A stretch of DNA of 64,000 nt, taken from NCBI GenBank assembly GCA_951406725.2, contig OX597819.1, positions 86,552,001 through 86,616,000 on the forward strand. The letters are read 5' to 3'. Every line of letters begins with the position of its first letter. The stretch's first letter is position 1. Made by a program: the position numbers and the translations under genes. Below, one piece after another: positions 54,642 through 64,000 of the stretch. This DNA is from Octopus vulgaris. Its lineage: Eukaryota. The notes below the pieces were generated by a model. It was not told where the DNA came from and did no database searches. It saw only the letters and a list, made by a program, of their open reading frames with translations.

Positions 54642-56354
54642 CTAAATCAAAAATTAAGGAACTGTTAGCAAGCGACTTCATACAGCAAATTGTATTTTAT
54701 TGAAAACCAATACAACATCAACATCCTCATCGTTTTTACATTCATTTTTCTATGTTTGCATAGATTGGACATGTTCTCTCCAGCACAGTATCTCGCTAAC
54801 ATTCCTTTTCATTAGTTGCATATTCTCTGCATTCAATCATTACAAATCACTGCATGCAACATTGCACTACGTATGAAAGCAACATATAATCTGTCCATCA
54901 GAGAGAGAGAGAGACAGACAGACTGTTTATATCTTTGTAGAAGGGAAAGGTAATAGCACCTTATACTTTTCCTACTCTCAATACTATGCACACAGAAAAT
55001 ATATTGCCACTATTTCTAAGGTCAGCAAGGTAAAAGAAATTATCAGCTACATCTAGGAAGCCTTCAGAGCACTTAACAGAAGCAAATTTGAGGATGCTCT
55101 TACTGTTAACTACTTTAGCATACCCACAGTAAAAGGAGTTTTCTTTCTCTGTCAGCCTGCTTGTAATTCCATATCATCTCTTGTGTAATCATAGTTAACA
55201 GTGAATGCAGCAATTGAAATTCCTACCTAATCCTTTTCTGCATATTGAACACAGTCACTACTCAAATGGCAGTAAAGTTCTGTTTTCTTTCCTGTAAATT
55301 AAAAATTTTGTCTTTATTAAGTATTGAAGTCTCTTACTTCTAGGTTTTAATTCCATATTTGGAATTTCTCAAAATTTTCAACAGATTCAGCTATAAGAAC
55401 TAGATCATCAGATTGCAAAACTTGCTACAGACAAATCTTTATCTGATCTGAAGAACCATTGTAACAAGAGGTAGCAGGAAACTAAATGTTGATGAGTAAC
55501 TCTCAGCATGCTAAATTCTTCCCTTAATTCATTACTACCATTCACCTTACTGGTAACTTATCAGTACATGGCTTCAAGGCTTTCACACCCATTCCTCTAC
55601 ATCTAGTTTTGGCAGCAACTACTAGACAACACAGAATGAAACCTGTCAAAAGCTTTCTCCATATTAATCAACGTTACAAATAGTAATCTGCACTCTTAGC
55701 TGAGAGCTTCTCATGTAGTTGTACTATTAGAAAGAGTAGAACAGAGATTCTCCATTCTGGCACAGGCTTGAACAACATCTCATAAAAGCTAAATATATTT
55801 CCTAATCAGTTGTGATTACAACTCTTTCTAATATGGTCCATTGGTCCATAAGTTTGAAGCTTCTGTTATTACTTCTTTTTGGAGCATGTTCTTTTGCTTT
55901 GGTAACAGTTAATGATGATACAGACATTATGTCTGATACCGCCCTGTACCACAAGGTTGACTATATTTGACACAAATACATCTCAAAAATTATTTTCAGC
56001 ACCCCAAAATTAGCACTCCTATTATATTACACATTGGCAATATTATAGCTTTCAATTTCAATATCTGGTCCTTCCGTTTGGGTCTACTCTCTCATTCATT
56101 CTCCTCAATCAGCAACTTTTCATTGCAAGATTTCTGTGTCGTTCTTCAGAGCATCAGTGAAGCCAGCCTGTTACAATGCTAACCACCGAGCTGTTGTTGT
56201 TGTTCATTTTGTACTGGACTGGAGCACTGTAAAATGAAATGTGTTGCTCAAGGTTACTTACAATGCATCATCAAGACCAGAAGCTGAGCCTATGACCTTA
56301 TGACAGCACCCATTACACACACACACACATATATATATCACATATATATATATA

Positions 56355-56655
56355 TGTGGAGGTGCAATGGCCCGGTGGTTAGAACAGCGGACTCGCGGTC
56401 GTAGGATCGCGGTTTCGATTCCCATACTGGGTGTTGTGAGTGTTTATTGAGCAAAAACATCTAAAGCTCCATGAGGCTCCAGCAGAGGGTGGCGATCCTT
56501 GCTGTACTCTTTCACCACAACTTTCTCTCTTTCTTCTGTTGGCCTGCTTGCTTAGCCAGCGAGGTGGCATCATTTGAAGGCTAAAACAATGCGAAGAGCA
56601 TTGTGACCAGCATGTGTAGCAACATCTGATAGCCTGGTCGGTCACGTGATCACAT
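56355..56655 (+). mobile_element. tRNA-derived SINE sharing its 5' half with 19981-20292
   Basis: tggcccggtggttagaacagcggactcgcggtcgtaggatcgcggtttcgattcc; inserted in a (TA)n tract. Confidence 0.82.
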
Positions 56656-57083
56656 GATATATATATATATATATATGGTTGTTAGACTACCCTCACAGAG
56701 TCCAACCCACACTGGTAGACTATGTGTGCAACTGAGTAGAAAGCCAGAAAAGCCCGGGTGCGCGTGCACACACACATACACACAATCATGTAACTGGATG
56801 ATCATTGACTCTTCTGAGTTCATCAGCCATTTGGTGGGCCTTGTTTTACATCCCATAGGGTATCCCAAAACAACTCTACTCACTAAAGAGGCTTGGCGAT
56901 GTTGTCAGGTTAGTTACCAATGGTCCCGCCATGCAATAGGTTGTACAGGTTTACATGTTATCAGCAGCACTTAAGAGTGACATCACACACACACACACAC
57001 ACACACAGCTTTCAAATAAATAAAAGTTAAACTTCCAGTCCATATTAAATTATAATAGGACATATGTGGAAGTTAACACTTAC

Positions 57084-57132
57084 AAACAATATCAATTGCT
57101 TTCTGCAAGAACTTCATTTTGCTTTCTTTGTC
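57084..57132 (-). CDS. TRAF3IP1: TRAF3IP1/IFT54 internal exon (49 nt), N-terminal CH-like domain: DKESKMKFLQKAIDIV
   Basis: tttcag|GAC...GTT T|gtaagt; peptide matches the remembered IFT54 motif DKDAKISFLQKAIDVV; ends in phase 1. Confidence 0.93.
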
Positions 57133-57369
57133 CTGAAACAGACAAAAATAATATTGTCAAAAATCATCTAGATTAAGTAAAATAACAAACAATTTTCCAT
57201 TTCGTTTTGAGAATGAATAGCATTTAAAAGCTTCAATTGACCAGGTACAGGACATAATTTTTAGAGTAAGTGGATATAATTGGTTACATTCATTTCATTA
57301 TATTACTGGAGCTTATTCTATAACCCACCCTTAATAACAGGGATGGAAGGAAAAACTGTCCCAAAATAG

Positions 57370-58035
57370 TCTGAATGCCAAATGAACATTTTCAACACTT
57401 GCTTCTTTTTGCTTTCAATCAAGATTCAAAAGTTGCCAAAGCTACTTGAGACATTTGTGCTGTGTATGGAGAAGGCATTTTTACTGAAAGGACTGTACAG
57501 AAATTGTTTTCAGGCCTAAAAGAGGGGATATTTGACCTTACAGACTCTGCATTCCAGCAGACCAGTTCAGTTCAATGAAAATCAATTGAATGAGCTCATC
57601 CACAGGATTCATGCCATTCCTGTAGAGAATCAGCCCATTATATGGTATGTTCTCATGATAACATCATTCATCACCTTCACTCAATGGATAGGTGCCAATT
57701 GAGGTAACTCAATGCATAGGCTGCACTTACTCTGAATGAACGAGACAAACTTTAGCTCCCATATCACTAATTTGATTAAAAATCTTATTCAAGAGCTCAG
57801 GTGAGACATTTTACTGCACCCACTGTATTCTCCTGATATAGCATTTGCAGACATCAAACTTTTTTGGTCTCTATCCAACAGTCTGTGAGGCATTTCCTTC
57901 AAGAATGACAGGATTAGGGTTGATGAATTCTTCAAGTCAAGACCTGGTGATTTATACTGTCAAGGTATTGACAAGCAAGTGGAATGTTGGCAAGAAATCA
58001 TGAACAATGAAGGAAAACATATTATTGACTGATCT
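57370..58035 (+). mobile_element. Mariner transposase relic
   Basis: NEHFQHLLLFAFNQ..ICAVYGEG..HPLYSPDIA..GIDKQVECWQEIMNNEGKHIID. Confidence 0.85.
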
Positions 58036-58089
58036 TTTGAAATTATTGATGAAAATTAGGGATTAAAATAAATAGTAAAAATATATATA

Positions 58090-58594
58090 AATGAGTGAAT
58101 TTAACACAAAACTCAGTATATTTTCAGATTGAACTCTTAAGAGACTAAGAACTGTGTCTTCATTCCATTTGCAATAACATGCTTATGTGAATCTGGATTC
58201 AGCTCTCTTTTGTCAAGATAAAATATAGGAATCAACTGAATCCACAAGTAAACCTGTAGATCATAATCAACAAAAAAATTCAACATCTTCATAAAAGTGA
58301 TGAATGAAAAAGCAAGAACAAAGAAGTCATTGAATTCCATGTTCACAACTGTGATTGATTTCGGGGTTATTTTTTATTATTACTAATTACTCAATTTACA
58401 TTTGCATTTTATACACAATCAAAAGATTATTTTTCAAGTTCTATTTGTTCACCCATAGCACTGTGTGTGATTCAATTAGTTATTAGAAAACTGACATTTT
58501 TATCTTAAAATGTGATATTAGTTTTGGGAGAGGTATGAAAATTAATCAAACACTTCAGAGGGGTGTGAAGTATAGAAAAGATAAGGAACCACTG
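58090..58594 (+). mobile_element. hAT 3' end: dimerization-domain fragment and right TIR
   Basis: FIPFAITCLCESGFSSL..KYRNQLN (cf. PFATTYLCESGFS); ends aaggaaccactg. Confidence 0.75.
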
Positions 58595-59489
58595 CAATGT
58601 ATCAACAAGTCGCTGTTTAATTAAGATCATTCTTAAATTCATTCAATGGTTACAAAATGAAGTCCCTCTATTCCTAATTAATTCAAATCTCATCCTTTAA
58701 AAATTAAGGCTTGTATGAGAGAATGTTCAAGAGAGGGGGAGAGTAGAAGAGAGAGAGAGAAGGTGACAGAAAAACCCTCCAGATCTAAGTTTTTAATCTC
58801 CAATCTCAGAATAGAAAATGTAAAACTGTAAAGACCAAGCTAAAGCTAGCTAACTACAACTGATTAACTGCTTCTTCACTTTGCACTTATGGTTCCAGAT
58901 TAAATCTCATCGTGCAACACTCTGAACAAGTGTTTTTTTCTCATAGCCTTAGGTTGACCAATGCCTTGTGACTGGAATTTAGTAGATGAAAACCGTGCTG
59001 ACACTCATTGCATGTGTGTGTGTGTGCAGAAAGGGAGAGGGAAAGAAAAGGAGAGTGGGATGGAGGGAGGGACGTATATCTGTATCAATAAAAGTGATAT
59101 ACACACTGATTAGAAAATTGATATGGATGACCAAAATATAATAAATATACTTTGAGGTATTTTTTATACTCAAGTTGTACAACCATTTCATTGTCACTTA
59201 TCACCACAAAAGCATTCAGCCAACGATTGGTCAAATAGAAATTTATAACAGACCAGGAACACAATTGTACACAAACTGCATAGTGTATAAAAAAAAATAA
59301 ATACAGGCCAGATGGATAAGAATAAAAAGGCTGGAGGTTTGACAAATTGTCATAAATAAAGGGAAAGGAGGATAAAGAGAAGGAAACATAGATGAGGGGG
59401 CAGAAAGAAACTGAAACTAAACAAGTAGATGGATACAGATTAGATTGACAACTAACAGCATAGCTGAATAGTGTACCCCAGTATGGACA

Positions 59490-60378
59490 GGCAACAGAAG
59501 TTGCTTCCAAATATGTTGGGGGTTGGTTTCAGTCCCACTGTACAGTACCTTGGACGAGTGCCTTCCATTATAGCCCTGAGCTGACCAAAGCCTTGAAAGT
59601 AAATTTGGTAAATGGAAACTAAAAGAAGCCCATCGTACAATTCTATTGGTCACTTTTTACTAAACCACTAGGTTGCAGGATGCAAACAAACCAACATTGA
59701 TTGACAACTGGTGTAGGTTTGTTTACATCCCTGTAACCTACTTAATAGTTTGCCAAAAAGAGACTAACAGTAAAAGTACTAGGCCTAAACTATTTATGGT
59801 GGTGCCTGGCATGGCCACAGTCCAAAGACTGAAACATCTTCAGTGTCTTCCACTATAGCCCTAGGCTGACCACAGCCTTGAGAGTAAATTTGGTAGAGAG
59901 AAACTGAAAGAAACTCAGCATACTTATTCTATTGGCCACTTTTTGCTGAACCACTAGCTTACATGAATGTAAACAAATCAACTGGTGTTGGTTTGTTTAT
60001 ATACCTGTAATTTAGTGGTTTGGCAAAAAGCAACTGATGGTAAAAGTACCAGCCTTAAACCTTTTAAGATGGTGCTCTGCATGGCCACAGTCCAAAGAGT
60101 GAAACATCTTCAGAAAGTGTCTTCTACTATAGCCCCGGGCTGACCAAAGCCTAGACAAGTTGGAAACTGTATGGAAGCTTATTAAGTATAAGTATGTATG
60201 TACCCCCACTTCACAAGCATTGGCTTATTTCCACCCTGGTAACTTAGTGGTTTGGCAAAAAGAGACCAACACCAGACTGCAAAACAGTACTAAGATGAAA
60301 ATGCTCAATTAGAACCCTTTAAGGAATGTCCCAGCATAGCCACTGTCTAATGACTGAAACAAATAAAAGATAAAAGAT
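59490..60378. repeat. Scrambled, tandemly duplicated SINE fragments with internal inversions
   Basis: Segments of the abundant SINE recur about three times with two fold-back junctions. Confidence 0.75.
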
Positions 60379-61220
60379 GCTACTCACTATTTCAACTCTA
60401 AAACCAAGAAGACTAATTTATACATCAGCAAAAGAGAACTTATACATTAAGGAAACCTGGAGAGATGTATGGAAGGAGCACTGCCCCGATGAGGGAGACC
60501 TTGTTGGGGCCCCCATTGAACCACTGCACAGTCTCTAGGAGCTAGTTAGAAGACAATGGATATATGCAATTCAGATGCAGTTAGTAGAAAGAACAGCAGC
60601 TAATTTGCACTGATAGAACATTGAGCCAACAGAATAATTAGCATGCTGGACAAAATGCTTAGTATTTCTTCCATTTCTTTATGTTCTAAGTTCAAATCCC
60701 ATCAAGGTGCTTTGCCTTTTATCCTTTTGGAATCAAAAAATTAAGCCCCAGTTATGTAATTGATGTAATCAATTTATTCTCTCTGCTAAAATTATTGGCC
60801 TTGTTCACAAATTTGAAACACTCCATAGAGATATTGTGAATCCTCTGTGTGACCAGTATGCTCGGTTTCTTTCAATAAATACAAACCACTTCATGCCGCA
60901 TTGACCAAAAACTTAGATCTCTGCTAGTAGTGGTGGTAGATATGAAACAGTCCACGAAGCTGGTAAAACATAAAACAACTGGATTTTTAACGTAAATTAG
61001 GAGATGTGTGAGTCACTATATGAAATAACAACACAATAACAAAATACAGAAAAAACAGATAGATTGCAAGACAAACAGAAGGATAGCCAGATGGCTGGAT
61101 GATTGGATGGACACAGAGACAACACTTAAACTAAGACACTACCAGCACAAACCACACAGAGCAGCTACTCCAAAGGTAATTCATGCATCTCCAATAATTG
61201 TTTAGAAAGTTGCAGCAAAT

Positions 61221-61614
61221 AGGTGTAGGCGTGGCTGTGTGGTAAGTAGCTTGCTTACGAACCACATGGTTCCGGGTTCAGTCCCACTCCATGGCACCTT
61301 GGGCAAGTGTTTTCTACTATAACCTCAGGCCGACCAAAGCCTTGTGAGTGGATTTGGTAGACGGAAACTGAAAGAAGCCTGTTGTATATATGTATGTGCG
61401 TGTATATGTTTGTGTGTCTGTGTTTGTCCTCCCAACATCGCTTGACAACCGATGCTGGTGTGTTTACGTCCCCGTAACTTAGTGGTTCAGCAAAAGAGAC
61501 CAATAGAATAAGTACTAGGCTTACAAAGAATAAGTCCTGGGGTCGATTTGCTCGGCTAAAGGCAGTGCTCCAGCATGGCCACAGTCAAATGACTGAAACA
61601 AGTAAAAGAGTAAA
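61221..61614 (+). mobile_element. Full-length tRNA-derived SINE (same family as 8189-8601)
   Basis: A/B boxes, caccttgggcaagt core, (TG/TA)n, gtaaaagagtaaa tail. Confidence 0.9.
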
Positions 61615-62408
61615 TACTAAATAATTTTCATGCTAAATAATGTACTCTTAAAGATGAATCTGTGTTTTGTAATCTTATTCTAGTTTACAATGGTTTCCTA
61701 TCTTTCAATAGTGCTTCTCAACAAATTAAGTTGCCCTAAATACCATCATCAAAACCTATATCAATATGTGTCATATACATTTAATACCCTCTAAACACAG
61801 TCTATATATTGAATTTAATGTAAATACAATGACATTCAAACTTTCACTCAAACTAAAAGTTTGAATGACAAATGTTTAATGTGGTGATAAGTGCATGACC
61901 TATACTCTTTAATATTAATTCTGGCAGCAAAGATAAATGATAAATCAATAAGTTTATTTAAATCACAAGTTGAAGCAAATAATTTTCTAAGTTATCCCAT
62001 ACCCATTGGCTCTTTTCTTAAGTTCCATATTTTCATTATAGGTGGTATGAAATTTTGAAACAGGTCAACACCAGAAAATATCCAATAAACCCAGAGGATA
62101 TTCAAAGACAGACATATGTACAAGAAAGTTTTTCGGAGATAATTCATGGAAATGAAATAAAAATTTTGCTTTTAGGAGTATTCTGAAATAAGAACAATCA
62201 GAAGCATTACTACCACCACACATCATCATTGCTTTAGGCAAGAAATGATAGGTATAATTACAGAGACCGAAACATATAGTTACTTACACTAGTGGAATCT
62301 GAATTTGTCAAATTAGAGGGTTGACAATCTGCTTCCCATTTTCCCATTTTCTACTATATTTTCTACTAATAATTCTACAATTTATATTAAAATTTCTTGG
62401 TTAAAAAG

Positions 62409-63770
62409 TACTAAAAATCCATGATATTGATGCGCTTGTTTTGAGAAGACAAAAATAAACTTTAGGGAGTGTATAAATTACATGAGTTTCCAGAATTTAT
62501 TTAGAAATTTTTTTTGGTTAAAAACTGGCGTACAAATGTAAACATTTGAACTGGAAGTTGACTCATTTAATGTCAGAATAAGTTTTTACAGAAAAAATAT
62601 AATGAAGTTGACTTTTATTTATGCTGGACAGCATAATGCTTAATTTTTCTGTATCAAATTTACTAAAACCATTAAATAGTGAACTACTTTTCGGAGTCTG
62701 ACAATCATGCTGGTAATCACGGTCTGGGCCATATTTTACTGCATCTAACACCAACAACAGCATAATAATTCATCCTTGCACATGTAAACTCACTAAGTAA
62801 ATATGACTAAGCATTCCTACAGAAACCTTCATTTATCTTATACAATGCTTCACATTCATGTTGAATTATGCAGCAATCTTTTGTTCTCTTCATAGAACAC
62901 TTGTAATGTATGTATTACCATTTCTTTTGGTATAGTAGATTTTTGCAATTGCTTATGTCTCCTCACAGACGTGTATATTCTAACAAGTTGCTTCTTAAAT
63001 TTCACACCTCTCATGCTCAATAAACAGTGAGTTAAACTTGCAAAGCTGTTAATTTTCTCTTTTCAATTTTTAATATTTATGTTAGCTGGTTACCAAACTA
63101 TCAGTTTGGTCTCCCAGCTGAAACGGTAACAACAAAATTTTAACATTTGCTTGACATTTTGTAAATATGAAAGAGATTAAAATTTTGATACTACATATCA
63201 AAGGTTCCAACAAGAATAGACGGAAAATTAGAGATTGAGACAAGAAGATACTTTTGATCAATCAGATTTCTGCTTACATAATCAGTTTGATCGGTTACCT
63301 TCTTCTATCAGTTGAGTAAAGTGTCATCCCAGCTGCAACACCGGTGTGTATTTATCAACTTTGTTTTTGTCGATAAGAATTATCAATAACTGTTCCTGTG
63401 GTCGTGATTTGAGAAGACATACAGAAGTATGCTAAAGATCGGACGCAATCTCTTGTGGGCAGGAAATGTAAAATAAAGTTTATGATAAACAACACAAACA
63501 CTTTGTAATTTAATAGCTTTCAATGTGATACCTGTTAAACAGAAATTATTTTTATTTAATGAAAATTTAATAAAATTTAATCATAAGCAAGTGAAATTAT
63601 ACTAAATATAGCTAAACTGAAAACCTTTTCCCCCTGGCCATATTGACAAGTCTGAAAACTTTGGGGTGTGAATTCTACATGAGTAGAAGCTTTTTTTTAA
63701 CAATTTTTATCCAGAAAATCACCTGTGTAAATTACACAGGTGCACAAATTACATGGGCTTTTATGGTATA
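62409..63770. mobile_element. Non-autonomous Tc2/pogo-like element (copy 2, inverted relative to copy 1)
   Basis: 63480-63770 is the diverged reverse complement of ~16580-16850; 62410-62720 matches ~17810-18125. Confidence 0.75.
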
Positions 63771-64000
63771 TTACTACTACTGACAGAATTGTTAGCATGT
63801 CATAGAAAATATTTAGCAGAATTTCTTCTAGCTACTTACATTCTGATTTCGAATTACGCCAAGGTCAACTTTGTCTTTCATCCTTTGGAGGACAATGAAA
63901 TAAGTACTAATTGAACATAAGGATTGATGTAGTCAACTCACCTCATCCCCCAGAATTGCTGGCCTTGTGCCAAAACTTGAAACAGTTATCATTGCTATTA

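Overview
AT-rich, repeat-dense animal DNA, most likely an octopus or other coleoid cephalopod (inferred from the SINE/RTE families, not from a marker gene). The only host gene I can support is TRAF3IP1 (IFT54/MIP-T3) on the minus strand: six phase-consistent internal GT-AG exons between 57132 and 21707, with the first exons and the C-terminal exons not found here. The rest appears intronic. It holds a near-identical 381-bp tandem array at the left edge, several tRNA-derived SINE families, RTE LINEs, a Penelope remnant, mariner/maT/Tc2/Tigger, hAT and piggyBac relics, MITEs and a Helitron. The most unusual observation is a 71-bp, 87%-identical inverted copy of one IFT54 exon plus its 5' splice site, 19.4 kb downstream in the same gene's intron, which could pair with the exon in the pre-mRNA. 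No prokaryote-type system (CRISPR, operon) is supported. Repeat boundaries are read by eye and are approximate unless TSDs/TIRs are quoted.
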